Translations under genes and position numbers: made by a program
The notes under the pieces: model-generated
Databases searched by the model: none
Seen by the model: only the letters and a program-made list of their open reading frames with translations
Told to the model about the DNA's origin: nothing
Shown: positions 53,795 through 64,000 of the stretch, piece by piece
How the letters are laid out: each line of letters opens with the position of its first letter
How positions within the stretch are numbered: the first letter of the stretch is position 1
DNA from: a virus
Virus record (IMG/VR): IMGVR_UViG_3300027754_000047
Coordinates: 32,001-96,000 of that record
Reading direction: 5' to 3' (one strand)
DNA: 64,000 nt

Positions 53795-55969
53795 TTAAGC
53801 CCCTTGTAGCGCAATATTGGTACACCCGTGTGCTGCCAATGCAGTGCTATGGGTAATGACGATAAATTGCCGACCGGTCTGCTTACCTACCTTAGCCAAG
53901 TAACTAAATGCTTCAGCTAATTCTTGGGAGTTACCTTCTTGCATAGCGCCTGACGGTTCGTCTAATGCCAGAATACCTAAGGTGCTGGCAAAGACGTCAT
54001 TAACAGCTAAAAGGTAAGCAACACTGGCTTGCTGCTTTTGGCCGCCCGATAAGCGGTTAGCTCTATGCACTAAGCCGTCTGCCTTCCTGGCGGTAAACTC
54101 TAGGTTCTCATCTATGTATGCTGTAAACTCTGCATTAATAGTGCTTAGGTAAAAAGCTAATCGTGCATTTAACTTACCCATGTATTGCAACGAAAGCAAT
54201 TTAGGTAAGCCGTCCTTAAGCAATACGCCTGCTGCCTTTTCCAATACTCCCCTAAACTGTTCAATAGGTTTAACTTGGGCCGCTCTAGTCACTTGCACTT
54301 GCAATCTAGATTTAGATCGGACCAACGCCTTATTAGCAGTTTCAAGAGCACCAGTGATGGTAGCCATTCGCATACGCAACTGCAAGTGATCTTCTACCAA
54401 CTTACTCAAACGAGCATGCTCATTGGGATCAAATATGGCTGGCGGTAAAGCCGCCATGTCCTTAGTAAGCCTAGTGCTGGTGTTGAGTTCGTTTTGTAAA
54501 TGCCAATTTAACGAGGCTATATCATTCTCATGCCTGGTTACGGCTTGCTTAGCTTCGTCGTGCTTGCTTACCTTAAACGTAAGTTGCGCCTTAGAGTTAA
54601 CATCCATTACTGGAGTATCTTTGAGTGAGTCTAGTTCCGATTGGGTTGTAGTTTGCTTGGTGTTCAAGCGCTCTACAGAGTCCAGCCAGTTCTTAGCTCG
54701 CACCTCATACTCAGCGTAAGCCTTAGTTGCTGCCTTTAGATTTACAATCATTTGTTCCGATTGTAACTTCATGTCGGCTAAGGACTCCATTGTTTGTTGC
54801 ATGGCACTTAAGTCATGTGCACATAGGCTAGTAGCAGTGCCGCATTCCGGGCAATTTCCGGCCAACGCTAATTGCAGTCGTTTACTTTGTATAGCGAGTT
54901 CTTGCTTAGCGTAATCCCGTACTCCAGTAGCCTCATCTAGTTGCGCTTCAGTAGGTGCTGTATTAGCAGGAGTTTCAATTGTATTTGCTGCTAATTCTGC
55001 AAGCTGTTTATTTACTGTTGCTTGATCTTGATTCAGTTGAGCAATTCTGCTGTTAGCTTTTAGAATTGCGTCAATTGAATAGAGCAAACCTCGAGCAATT
55101 TCCGCCTCAGCAGCCAAGGTATCTACTAGTTCAGAGTTTGCTGCAAGCCCTAATTCGTGGGATCGCTTGCTATTTTCAAAGTTAGCCTTAGATGCCGTAG
55201 AAACTTTTAATTCTGCCTCAAGTCGCTTGTACTGTTCGTTATTGCGCTTGACCAACTCCAAGGTATCCAGGCGTAAGTTAACGTCAACAATGTCCAAATC
55301 GGTAGCGGCGGATTTAAGCAAGCCAAACTCAGCTTGTTGCTTATCCAGTTCTCCTTGGTCCATATTAACATCTACCTGGGCTTGCTCCAAGGCTGCTTGC
55401 ACGTCAGGCACTACTACTGAGCCCAGTAAATCTTTAATCTGCGCTCGCAGTATTTCTAACTCATTGGTTCTAGTAAGCGTATGAATAGTCTCCTTAAACT
55501 TAGCAGGAGTACTAGCCACTGGAGCAGTTATAGAATCTTGGTCCACAATTAAGTGCCCGTCAATAATACTGGCGGGAACCGGAATTAGACTTAATGTTCG
55601 CTCCAAAGCATCTCGAGACGAGGTAATCTCTTCTACTAGGCCGTCATCGCTTTCAATGGTTAGCCTGGGAATGTTTAAGGTTGCAAATTGTTTATCCCCC
55701 GCAACGCACTTTGCAATGTGCAGGGTTTTATTACCTATACGCCAGGTTGCTACAAAGTAACAGGCCTCTTGGGGTGGAATACCCCAAGAGGCCCAGCTAC
55801 TAGCATTCCCTGGAAACGTGTTCGTAAGGGAGGCTCGGATCATGGTTAGAATGGTGCTTTTGCCGCAGCCAATTGGGCCAGTTACGACCGTCAAGGCTTC
55901 GTCGAAGCTAAATTCAAAATCACCTTTGAGTAATCCGATATTCCTCCCCCGCAGGGAGATTAGCTTCAT
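53795..55969 (-). CDS. sbcC: SbcC/Rad50-like ATPase
   Basis: GPIGCGKST, coiled coil with CPEC zinc hook, LSGGQ, ALDEPS, ITH. Confidence 0.93.
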   Translation of the reverse strand: MKLISLRGRNIGLLKGDFEFSFDEALTVVTGPIGCGKSTILTMIRASLTNTFPGNASSWASWGIPPQEACYFVATWRIGNKTLHIAKCVAGDKQFATLNIPRLTIESDDGLVEEITSSRDALERTLSLIPVPASIIDGHLIVDQDSITAPVASTPAKFKETIHTLTRTNELEILRAQIKDLLGSVVVPDVQAALEQAQVDVNMDQGELDKQQAEFGLLKSAATDLDIVDVNLRLDTLELVKRNNEQYKRLEAELKVSTASKANFENSKRSHELGLAANSELVDTLAAEAEIARGLLYSIDAILKANSRIAQLNQDQATVNKQLAELAANTIETPANTAPTEAQLDEATGVRDYAKQELAIQSKRLQLALAGNCPECGTATSLCAHDLSAMQQTMESLADMKLQSEQMIVNLKAATKAYAEYEVRAKNWLDSVERLNTKQTTTQSELDSLKDTPVMDVNSKAQLTFKVSKHDEAKQAVTRHENDIASLNWHLQNELNTSTRLTKDMAALPPAIFDPNEHARLSKLVEDHLQLRMRMATITGALETANKALVRSKSRLQVQVTRAAQVKPIEQFRGVLEKAAGVLLKDGLPKLLSLQYMGKLNARLAFYLSTINAEFTAYIDENLEFTARKADGLVHRANRLSGGQKQQASVAYLLAVNDVFASTLGILALDEPSGAMQEGNSQELAEAFSYLAKVGKQTGRQFIVITHSTALAAHGCTNIALQGA

Positions 55970-55972
55970 AGA

Positions 55973-56566
55973 TTAAGTGCTCTTACGTTGACGACCCTTT
56001 GGGCGGACTTGGATGTTGTTAACCTTAAGGCAATTGATAACGCAAGAAACTGAAACTCCAAACTTCTCTGCCAAAGCTTTAGTTCCCACGCCCTCTTCGT
56101 AAAGTCGAGTAACCTCAGCAGCATGTGCTGTGAGCTTGTGCGGCCGACCTCGACCGCGCTTTACAGCAGGATCCACAATCGGATTTGTTGAATTCTTAGG
56201 CTTAGCTGGTTTGGCTTCTTTTGTCTTAAACGTAGAGCACTTTGCTGCTGTACCGACTAAGTCTTGTTGCCGTACGTACTCTGCGCAATATTCAACTGAA
56301 GGAACGTCTGCGTCTGCGGAGTTAGAAATATCGTCTTCTTCCTGCTCTTCTTCCTGCTCTTCTTCCTGCTCTTCTTCTGGATCTACTTCATCCTCAAAGG
56401 GTTCCTCGTCGTTATCCGGATCTACAGCAGGACTCTCCTCTTCCTCGTCAGAATCCGGCCTTGCGTTCGAGGGGCGAGCAGTTGCCTCAATGCTATCGTT
56501 TTCTTCATCAAAGTCACCAGAAAGGATTCGATCAATAATTGACATGGGTTGTTTTCCTTTACTCAA
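55973..56566 (-). CDS. Putative DNA-binding protein: acidic N-terminus, AT-hook-like motif, HTH
   Basis: EEEQ repeats; KRGRGRPHK; LYEEGVGTKALAEKFGVSVSCVINCL. Confidence 0.7.
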   Translation of the reverse strand: MSKGKQPMSIIDRILSGDFDEENDSIEATARPSNARPDSDEEEESPAVDPDNDEEPFEDEVDPEEEQEEEQEEEQEEDDISNSADADVPSVEYCAEYVRQQDLVGTAAKCSTFKTKEAKPAKPKNSTNPIVDPAVKRGRGRPHKLTAHAAEVTRLYEEGVGTKALAEKFGVSVSCVINCLKVNNIQVRPKGRQRKST

Positions 56567-56567
56567 G

Positions 56568-57284
56568 TTAGCGGCCTACCTTAATTAGAGCTTCTTTAGT
56601 CACATCTTGAATTGGGCAGAATGTGCCCTTATTACGCAGAATATTTTCCATGATCGCGGTCAAACGCTTTGTAGCATTGGGGTATTGTTGCTTGTAACCC
56701 ACCGCCAACGTCCAAGACTCGTCTTCGTCAGGCGAGTACATACCGTCCCCGCCTTCAAAGCAAGATTCGATGAGCTCCAATTGAGCTATCAAGAAATAGT
56801 TAGAAAGGGGACTGCTGCCGAGGTCTTCAAAGACAGCACTTGGGCAATCGGTACCCATATCCACCTTCATGTTGTCAAAGATTCGGGCGGTTGAAAGAAA
56901 GATAGAACCCAATGCACAGCATTTGCACTTGGTAATACCTAATGCAAAGTCTCTGATACTGCAACTGGGGTCGTTGCCGTACTGGGGGAGCAGATTCACA
57001 GCGGAATCAAAGTCACCCAACTTAGAATCTTCCGCCCAAAAGCCTTGAGTTGGGATAATGACCTTGGCCTTGAGTTGAGCCAACACATCTCGGGCAATTG
57101 TGCAACGTGTTTCGGCCTTAGTTTGAGCCTTGGCCTTAACGGTAGGCTTAGTTGGAGCCTTGGCCTTAACGGTAGGCTTAGTTGGGGCCTTAACGGTAGG
57201 CTTAGTTGGGGCCTTGGTCTTAACGGCTGAACGCTTGGTTGGTTGCTTAACAGTACGCTTGGTTGTTTTCGTAGTAGTACTCAT
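56568..57284 (-). CDS. Hypothetical protein with Lys/Thr/Pro-rich N-terminal repeats
   Basis: KAPTKPTV x3 (repeat at ~57130-57220) followed by a globular domain with CKCCALG. Confidence 0.7.
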   Translation of the reverse strand: MSTTTKTTKRTVKQPTKRSAVKTKAPTKPTVKAPTKPTVKAKAPTKPTVKAKAQTKAETRCTIARDVLAQLKAKVIIPTQGFWAEDSKLGDFDSAVNLLPQYGNDPSCSIRDFALGITKCKCCALGSIFLSTARIFDNMKVDMGTDCPSAVFEDLGSSPLSNYFLIAQLELIESCFEGGDGMYSPDEDESWTLAVGYKQQYPNATKRLTAIMENILRNKGTFCPIQDVTKEALIKVGR

Positions 57285-57287
57285 AAT

Positions 57288-58403
57288 TCAAACTCCTACC
57301 TTTAATTTGAGATTGGTAACGGCGATGTCGAATCCCGCTGCCATTGCTTGCTGGATAAATGTTATTGCTGCTGCTTCTGTTTCGTCTGACTCGTTTAGCA
57401 GCTTACGTAATGCAGTTGCTAAATCTATTTTTTCTGTAAGGGATCCCTTTATTTCAGTTAGATCTTGATCGTGGCTGTGGTCTATCTTCTTAAATACAAA
57501 GGCTTGTTCCTCCAAATCTTGTAGTAACTTGGCTGTATCGGCATCCATGTTTGCAGGTAATACGACGTGTATTCTAGGTACCTTAGCGCCCGTGTAGTGC
57601 TGAAGCTCAGAAATATAGGGCAAGGCTTTAACGTTGTCAACCCACTTTAAAGTATTTTCAAGATCTGTTTTAGTTGTAGCCTTTAAGTGTAAGTAGGGTC
57701 TGCACTTTAAAGGAACTCGCTCTATGCTCAAATCATCATATACTAAAATAAATGACTTAGCTTCGGGCTCGCCCACCCGATGCATCCACATAGACCCTGA
57801 GTATAAAAATCTAGTGCCGCCAGCACCACGATGATCCCACTCCATATGTATATCGCCCATAAGGGCTAGTCGGTACCTACCGTCAAACCAATCCAAGTCC
57901 ATATCGCATATGGGCTTCTCATCCTTGGGGAGCCCCAGCCACGGAATAACTTGTTCTGCAAATCCATGCAAAATCACGATATCCGCAGGCTGGGGCTCCT
58001 GTTCAGCTAAGTAGGTTTCCCACATTTTCCGAGGCCTCCAGTTAAAACCACAGACTGTGTAGCCTGCAATAATAACTGGTGCACCCTCTAGATTAACTGC
58101 AACCGCTGCCGCACCGCCTTCTAGTGAAAGTCTTTTAAACCCTCGCTCATGGTTGCCGTCTACGTACCACACAGGCTGCTGCATCCTTGCAAGTTCCTTG
58201 CGTAAAGCTACTGTGTGTTCGTCACTAATTGTGGGAGTATCTACTTGGTCACCGCCAAGGATCAATGGAATGGTCAACTTTAGGCACGTGTCTACAACTT
58301 GCTTTAGCGCATAAAGATCATCACCTTTCAATTCCTTTACGGATCGATAGGCGGATTCTCTAGCTTGCAAGTCTGCACAAAATGCCAAAATTGGTTTACG
58401 CAT
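57288..58403 (-). CDS. sbcD: SbcD/Mre11-like nuclease
   Basis: ADLQ, GGDQVD, DGNHE, LHG, GDIH, YSGS; near sbcC. Confidence 0.85.
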   Translation of the reverse strand: MRKPILAFCADLQARESAYRSVKELKGDDLYALKQVVDTCLKLTIPLILGGDQVDTPTISDEHTVALRKELARMQQPVWYVDGNHERGFKRLSLEGGAAAVAVNLEGAPVIIAGYTVCGFNWRPRKMWETYLAEQEPQPADIVILHGFAEQVIPWLGLPKDEKPICDMDLDWFDGRYRLALMGDIHMEWDHRGAGGTRFLYSGSMWMHRVGEPEAKSFILVYDDLSIERVPLKCRPYLHLKATTKTDLENTLKWVDNVKALPYISELQHYTGAKVPRIHVVLPANMDADTAKLLQDLEEQAFVFKKIDHSHDQDLTEIKGSLTEKIDLATALRKLLNESDETEAAAITFIQQAMAAGFDIAVTNLKLKVGV

Positions 58404-58416
58404 TAGTTCCTTAGTG

Positions 58417-58746
58417 TCATTTGTTAGAGGTATCTGTATCCAACGGGGTTATTGTCCGCAATAGCCACAAAGCCAGCAGACTTGTAAGCAAGCATATTCC
58501 TACCCAGCGCCAAAGGCCCAACCCAAAGGCCAAACAGTGCAGGGAAGTTAGTACTAGGGTTACTTGTACTGTAAGACACGTTGCACACGATATCATTTTC
58601 TGTAGGAAGGACTCTTGTTTGTCCGCCCAAACCATTATCGTGTCCACGGTCAAATCAAAGTTATGTAAACCCCAAACTACCATGTACACCATGGGGCCCA
58701 ACAGTATAGACGAGCTTGCCACACCTATGAGGTAATCTATTAGCAT
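58417..58746 (-). CDS. Membrane protein with CxxC
   Basis: Three hydrophobic segments; MISCATCL. Confidence 0.6.
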   Translation of the reverse strand: MLIDYLIGVASSSILLGPMVYMVVWGLHNFDLTVDTIMVWADKQESFLQKMISCATCLTVQVTLVLTSLHCLAFGLGLWRWVGICLLTSLLALWLLRTITPLDTDTSNK

Positions 58747-58889
58747 TGTTAACCTTTAGCCTTTAGGTACCCACATATTAAGGCACCCAAAAATAGCATG
58801 GAAAATGCCATGCATGGGTTAATAAAGATAAACACCAACAATATTACTGCTGCTATGGATACAAACGGGGCATTCATGTAGTAAGAGCT

Positions 58890-59084
58890 TCATTGTAATG
58901 GGGTGGAGGTTTTAGGTTGCAGTATTGAGGGTATTTGAGTTAAATCTATAGCGGACTTTGGTTCGCTAATGACCACTGCTTCATCAAAACCTTCTAGCTT
59001 ATTGCGCTTTAGAAACTCATCCGGCGCTGTTGACTTTGGCACTTCGGCCTCATTGTCGCTCATTTGCTGCCTCCTCCAAACCAA
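58890..59084 (-). CDS. Hypothetical protein (likely start MSDNE)
   Basis: GGAGG precedes the internal ATG. Confidence 0.5.
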   Translation of the reverse strand: MVWRRQQMSDNEAEVPKSTAPDEFLKRNKLEGFDEAVVISEPKSAIDLTQIPSILQPKTSTPLQ

Positions 59085-59475
59085 ATGTTTTGAAACTCCA
59101 AGCTGCCACTTCCACCAAGGCTAAACTATCTTGGATTAAACTTAACAACGTAGTAGCGTCCATCATAATTTGCCAAGGCTCTAAACCTTCCGGCGGACAA
59201 AGAGTATGGACATTACACTTACGGAGATCCCCCGAACTCCCACAAGTAAGCTTATTAACAGCCCTACTTGCAGTACCAGCCCAAGCACGTTTAACACTAC
59301 CTTCGGTCCAAAGTAGTACTCCTAGAATATTTGCTTTTGCTATACTCAACGAGCCCAACTCGATATTTAGCTCCTCTGGCTCGTCGTATTCTTCGCCTGT
59401 ATTCGTATCTTGGCTGTACAAGATGAAGATCTTTGTATCATTTGCGAGACCGTTTTGCGAACTTGGGTTGACCAT
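59050..59475 (-). CDS. Hypothetical protein
   Basis: 141 aa ORF, first gene of the minus-strand replication block. Confidence 0.6.
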   Translation of the reverse strand: MVNPSSQNGLANDTKIFILYSQDTNTGEEYDEPEELNIELGSLSIAKANILGVLLWTEGSVKRAWAGTASRAVNKLTCGSSGDLRKCNVHTLCPPEGLEPWQIMMDATTLLSLIQDSLALVEVAAWSFKTFGLEEAANERQ

Positions 59476-59639
59476 TAAACTCTTCTTTCTTTCTGTCGTT
59501 TACTAATTTATGTAAGATGTCAAACAAAAGTTTGCCACCAATTATTATGAATATTGCTAAACTGATAGTGAGGTGGTAAACTGATTTTGCAAACAAATTC
59601 CACCACTGCCACAGGTTGGCGGTATTTTTTGAGGTCTCC

Positions 59640-61562
59640 ATGAATTTCTCCGAGCAAATAGATGACTCTAAACCAAAGCTTAATGCGTTGGTACCCACTT
59701 GGGTCCGAGACATTGCTAAGGATATTAAATCAATATGCGACATAGACAATATCGATGATATGGTATTTTCGTTGCCCCCGGAAAAGATTAAGGAGCTATA
59801 TGCCAAATTGAACATGGCTGATTTTGCAAAGTTTATGGATATGACGTTGCAGACGAGTAAGGGTAGCCCATTGCGCCTTACTTCCATGCTGCGCTTAAAC
59901 GGCAAACCTTTTACCTTAGCCAAGCACCGTTTCTTTGAGCCTATGTTCTACCCTAGCATTCCGGATAGAACTTTATTGGTATGTGGGCGCCAGGTGGGTA
60001 AGAGCACCCATATTGCAGCCCAAGGAGTATTGCAAGCAGCAGCCATCAGTAGATTCAAACTACTATTCATGGCCCCCCAGTTCGAACAGATCCGCCGATT
60101 TAGCCACCAATACATTCGGCAGTTCGTAACTGAGTCATACATCAAACCCCTTTTAATCGACGACACTTGCATAGACTCGGTCTTGCATAAGTCCTTTAAG
60201 AATGGGTCTGAAGTGTGGTTTAGTTTTGCACTGCTATCAGTAGATCGTATTCGTGGTCTTTCCGTGGACGGCATTCGAATAGACGAGATCCAAGACCTTA
60301 ACCCAGAGTTCCTAGACATTGTCCGAGAGTGTATGTCTGCTTCTACCAGGCGCAGCGAAATGTACGCTGGCACCAGTAAGACCATTGATAACCTTATTGA
60401 ACAGCTTCGACTGCAATCTTCTCAAGCTGAGTGGTTTATGCGCTGTAACGCATGCAATCACTGGAATATTCCAACCGTAGATGGCTCAGGTACAGGCCTG
60501 GGCGTTATGGAGATGATTCGACCTGAGGGTTTATCTTGCGCTAAATGCCACTGCTTACTTAATCCCGAGCAAGGGCAATGGGTGCACCGCCATCCTGAAC
60601 GAGTAGACCGCTTTCCCAGCTACCACGTATCGCAAGCTATTGCCCCAGTGCATTACGGCAACCCAAAGAACTGGCGCCAGTTGTTGCTTAAGCGAGAACT
60701 CATGCCTACCGCTACGTTTATTAACGAAGTGTTGGGTGAAGCTTGCGATGAAGGCCAACGATTAGTCAGTCAAACCGAATTACAACAAGTTTGTGTGCTG
60801 CCGCCGAACTCAAAAGAGCGAGCAGCAGACATATACAAGTATTCAGACCGCATTTTAGGTATTGACTGGGGTGGTAAGGGCTCCAGATTCCAATCTATGA
60901 CTGCTGCGGCTGTTGCTTGCTACTCCGGCACCTCAAATTGTATTGACGTGGTGTTTGGCCACGTGTTTCCCGCCTTACTAGACTCAGTTATTGAGACCAA
61001 AGAGGTTATTGAGCTTGCTAATATGTTCAAATGCACCAGCATTGCGCACGATGTCGCTGTTGCGGGTGAGATTCGACTCAGTATTATGCGGGATTTGGGT
61101 GTACAGCAGCATCGACTCATCAATTGTCGCTATGCAGGAGGCGGAAACCTCAAAGGAATCATTCAATTCGTACCAGCAAGCGACGTTAACCCAAATACTT
61201 ACTACAATTTGGACAAAAGTCGCCTAATTGCTGCTGTTTGCTTAGCCATTAAGAACAAAAGCATCAGATTTCCCCAATATGAATCGTTAAAAGATGGAGC
61301 AGGGGAGAATTTCTTACTGCATTTTCTTGCGGTATACGAAGAAACCTCTGAAAGTAACTTTGGTACCGAAAAAAGGTTCATTAAAAGGAACCCTGGAATG
61401 CCTGATGACTTCCTACATGCGGTAGCTTTTGCCGTTATTACCTTATGGCGGCGCTATCCAGAACTAATTCCCAACCTTTCGGATGAGGTGCTTTCCGAAG
61501 CTGAAGCTGCTCACCTTGCAGATCCTAGTGCCCAGTACTACAACAGCATGAACTTAGACTAA
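59640..61562 (+). CDS. Terminase large subunit (lambda GpA-like architecture)
   Basis: GRQVGKST Walker A, IRIDEIQD Walker B, AGT coupling motif, CNAC/CAKC zinc ribbon, FINEVLG, GIDWGG and PDDFLHA RNase H-fold nuclease. Confidence 0.9.
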   Translation: MNFSEQIDDSKPKLNALVPTWVRDIAKDIKSICDIDNIDDMVFSLPPEKIKELYAKLNMADFAKFMDMTLQTSKGSPLRLTSMLRLNGKPFTLAKHRFFEPMFYPSIPDRTLLVCGRQVGKSTHIAAQGVLQAAAISRFKLLFMAPQFEQIRRFSHQYIRQFVTESYIKPLLIDDTCIDSVLHKSFKNGSEVWFSFALLSVDRIRGLSVDGIRIDEIQDLNPEFLDIVRECMSASTRRSEMYAGTSKTIDNLIEQLRLQSSQAEWFMRCNACNHWNIPTVDGSGTGLGVMEMIRPEGLSCAKCHCLLNPEQGQWVHRHPERVDRFPSYHVSQAIAPVHYGNPKNWRQLLLKRELMPTATFINEVLGEACDEGQRLVSQTELQQVCVLPPNSKERAADIYKYSDRILGIDWGGKGSRFQSMTAAAVACYSGTSNCIDVVFGHVFPALLDSVIETKEVIELANMFKCTSIAHDVAVAGEIRLSIMRDLGVQQHRLINCRYAGGGNLKGIIQFVPASDVNPNTYYNLDKSRLIAAVCLAIKNKSIRFPQYESLKDGAGENFLLHFLAVYEETSESNFGTEKRFIKRNPGMPDDFLHAVAFAVITLWRRYPELIPNLSDEVLSEAEAAHLADPSAQYYNSMNLD

Positions 61563-61597
61563 TAGTTAAGTAGTAAGGGTTAAATAGTCTTATTAAG

Positions 61598-61673
61598 TAA
61601 CTAGCTCCAAGTATCCTTACGTAATACCTCACTTAAAAGTGAGGTATTAGTAGGAAGGGCATTGAAGCTAGTT
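61598..61673. terminator. Long imperfect hairpin between convergent genes
   Basis: Core taatacctcact-taaa-agtgaggtatta extended by taactagct/agctagtta. Confidence 0.6.
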
Positions 61674-61746
61674 ATGGTTTATGGTTATTTTGGTGAATTG
61701 GCTTAGCTTTGAACAGCTATGAAACCACCAATCTATTATAACGCAT

Positions 61747-64000
61747 TTAATGCAGATTTATAGCCTGTTTAAGGAAGGCTGTACGCATGCTTTTCATGCG
61801 CTTAGTGGCCGTAACTAGAGAGTTCCATAAGGGTTTAGGGCATACCAGCTTAGTTTGGTCATCCACGGTTAACTCTACGGCTCCTAACTCCTTAAGGTGG
61901 TTTATAGCTGCTACCCAGTCCACTATAGGTAGGTAGAAGAACCTCATTTGCCCCAATAGGGCAGTTAGATCAACGGTGACAGTATCATCTAGGGGGTTCT
62001 TAAGTACTACCGGCTTTCGCTTAGGTTGAGGGCCGGTAAACGTCTTAAACATACCTGACTCTATACCTTCTTGAATTAAATTGATCAAATGAATCCCTGC
62101 TGCATTAGTGTTTATGTAGCCCTTTTCGGATACAAACCGCTTAGCTAGTGCTACCGAGTTAACAGGCACTCCTAGGGATTGCGCTAGTAGATTTATGTGG
62201 TCTAGTAACGCCACGCTATTGAGCGGCCTAACTGTCAACATTAATTGTAGTAATAGCGGGAACATCTTCTCACTATTCAGTAAGGCGGTACTTTCACCGG
62301 TTAAGGGAATGTCTGCCCGTATAAAACTCCAATCTTTATCCTTACCTATAGCGGCAGCATTTAACGCATGAGTAACGACCAAGCTGTTACCTCCTTGCCC
62401 TTCTAGCCATCTGCTCAGCAACTTAGGACTAGATCTAGCTCCGTCGATAGCTACTGGCAAGTGATGTAGTATAGCCAACTCCTTGGCTTCATCTAGGTCT
62501 TTTTTAGAATTCAAAGCTACAGTAACTAGGCCGAGGTCTATACGCAGTAAGTCAAATACATACTCTGCTAAGGAGCCTTTAGCGCCGACAAGCAAAGTGT
62601 TAGTGCGAGTGCCTTGTTCTATGTTGTTGTAAATGTTAGCTAATACTGTTGCAAGGCCGGCCAGGTAAGCGGCGGCTTCTCCCCCAGGGGCTAATAGAGG
62701 CGTTAAACAGTTAATTGTATCGCCTGCCATCATACTGACCTCAGCAGCAGGTACCGGCTCTTGTGCTATTACAAACGGCATTCCTACTCTGATTTGTTGG
62801 GGGTCGATAGACATTAACGGAGTATTAAACCGAGTAGTTTCTGGGTCGTAACCTACATACCCTTGAACTGCATGTACTTCCGGGCTGCTAAAGCGTAGAA
62901 CAACGTCTAAGAATTTCTTGCGAATGCTTTCAGCTATATAGGGCTGAATAGGAACAACTCCAGCAGCCAATAGAGTAGCTATTACAGTCTTAGGACTGGA
63001 CTCCAAAGCTTCCTCATCTACTTGAAAGTTAATTTGCTGGTCATCTACCATAATGTAACCAAAGATCGATCCAGTGCCATCATGCTTGTTTCGACATATA
63101 TAGGTTACCCGCACTAGGAAATTAGTTACTGCTTCGTCTGGTATTTCCCTGGACCCTTGAATCCACAGCTTTCCATCGCGCTCCAAGAGAATTTTACCGC
63201 CCATCATTATAGGTTGGGAAGTAAAACTGTGGGTTAGGAGTTGGGCTATCTCAACTCTAACCTCTTGTGGGCAAGCAGCAAGAATTAAGTTCTTTTGGAA
63301 TTCAGTAAGGTTTAAAGCTTCTAAAGTAACTTTACTCTTTCCTAGGCCTTGACTAAGCAAGTCCGCCGTTAAGTAGTCAACAGGATCCTGCAGTTTGTAC
63401 TTGGCAATTTCTTTATGAATAATTGGCATTAGGTTATTTTGCCATAACTTAGCCACCTTCTCGGTTGGCCGCCATATATAAGGGGCATCTACGTCCAACA
63501 CCTTGAAACCTCGAATACTTACACAGGTCTTAAAGAAGGCAGTATCCGGGTCATCTTGCCAAACTACGGACTGGCCCCGTAGCGCTGTGCAGTCCAATTC
63601 CCCTACAAATCCCTTAGCTACCACCGCTATTTTGTTATAACGCTCTAAAGTGCACTTATGGTGAATTCTGGCTGCTTGCAGCGGGTGGGCCATTATGTAC
63701 GTAGTGTCGGCGTTACGTAAAGTAGCCTCGCCTAAGCCGCAAAAACCACAAGCTCGTTCGGTAAACATGTTGTGGTATAGCAGCAGGTCTTTAGGGCCAA
63801 TAAGGCCAAAGCCGCAAATGAATCCAGGCTTCATGTAAAACGGCATTACCAAAGCCCCTTCAGCGTACTTAGGAATTCCGGTTAAAGAGTCTTGTAGTAA
63901 GTCTTCTAATTCCCACCTAGGCATATAACCAAACCAATTGATAAGGCCTCTGTTGAAGGTATCTTGGCCTGACCAAAGGTTAAGTTCATTTAATCGACCT
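61747..64000 (-). CDS. Large hypothetical protein, 5' end probably outside window
   Basis: 725 aa from ATG 63924; the frame stays open upstream to the window edge; no motif confidently recognised. Confidence 0.7.
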   Translation of the reverse strand, partial: GRLNELNLWSGQDTFNRGLINWFGYMPRWELEDLLQDSLTGIPKYAEGALVMPFYMKPGFICGFGLIGPKDLLLYHNMFTERACGFCGLGEATLRNADTTYIMAHPLQAARIHHKCTLERYNKIAVVAKGFVGELDCTALRGQSVVWQDDPDTAFFKTCVSIRGFKVLDVDAPYIWRPTEKVAKLWQNNLMPIIHKEIAKYKLQDPVDYLTADLLSQGLGKSKVTLEALNLTEFQKNLILAACPQEVRVEIAQLLTHSFTSQPIMMGGKILLERDGKLWIQGSREIPDEAVTNFLVRVTYICRNKHDGTGSIFGYIMVDDQQINFQVDEEALESSPKTVIATLLAAGVVPIQPYIAESIRKKFLDVVLRFSSPEVHAVQGYVGYDPETTRFNTPLMSIDPQQIRVGMPFVIAQEPVPAAEVSMMAGDTINCLTPLLAPGGEAAAYLAGLATVLANIYNNIEQGTRTNTLLVGAKGSLAEYVFDLLRIDLGLVTVALNSKKDLDEAKELAILHHLPVAIDGARSSPKLLSRWLEGQGGNSLVVTHALNAAAIGKDKDWSFIRADIPLTGESTALLNSEKMFPLLLQLMLTVRPLNSVALLDHINLLAQSLGVPVNSVALAKRFVSEKGYINTNAAGIHLINLIQEGIESGMFKTFTGPQPKRKPVVLKNPLDDTVTVDLTALLGQMRFFYLPIVDWVAAINHLKELGAVELTVDDQTKLVCPKPLWNSLVTATKRMKSMRTAFLKQAINLH

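Noticed and set aside
59438-59923. 161 aa minus-strand ORF
   Set aside because: Largely antisense to the terminase gene and spans the divergent intergenic region.
1-64000. Stop-codon reassignment
   Set aside because: Long conserved genes are intact and tightly packed under the standard code; the apparent gap at 1-3.7 kb is explained by the edge-truncated rpoB.

Overview
A 64 kb segment of a large, tailed dsDNA phage genome; standard genetic code, mostly on the minus strand, with no integrase or host housekeeping genes seen. Left end (1-10.4 kb): an unsplit bacterial-type RNA polymerase beta subunit, missing from the ORF track because it runs off the window. It carries a LAGLIDADG intein and a ~130 aa insert. 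Next to it are Gly/Ala-rich putative virion-internal proteins sharing K-x-A motifs, an HNH-like gene and a possible lysis pair. From 10.4 to 19.1 kb is a modular region of short transcription units. Most have a conserved (C/T)TAAA-N18-TATA(A/T) promoter, a 5' hairpin and a terminator ending in TTTTAGCTATT, and they diverge from a 10-bp tandem repeat array at ~18.3 kb. Cargo includes an AAA+ ATPase, an i-type lysozyme, a sigma-like factor, tRNA(CAT), a metallophosphoesterase, a P-loop kinase and three ORF-free, highly structured candidate ncRNAs. From 19 to 64 kb: probable portal, ankyrin protein, vWA/MoxR pair, RuvC, GroES, class II RNR, tail fibre, ThiF-like, ThyX, dNTP diphosphohydrolase, RecA, UDG-fused family A DNA polymerase, primase, helicases, SbcCD and terminase large subunit. 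All calls come from motif recognition by eye; no database searches or folding programs were run.
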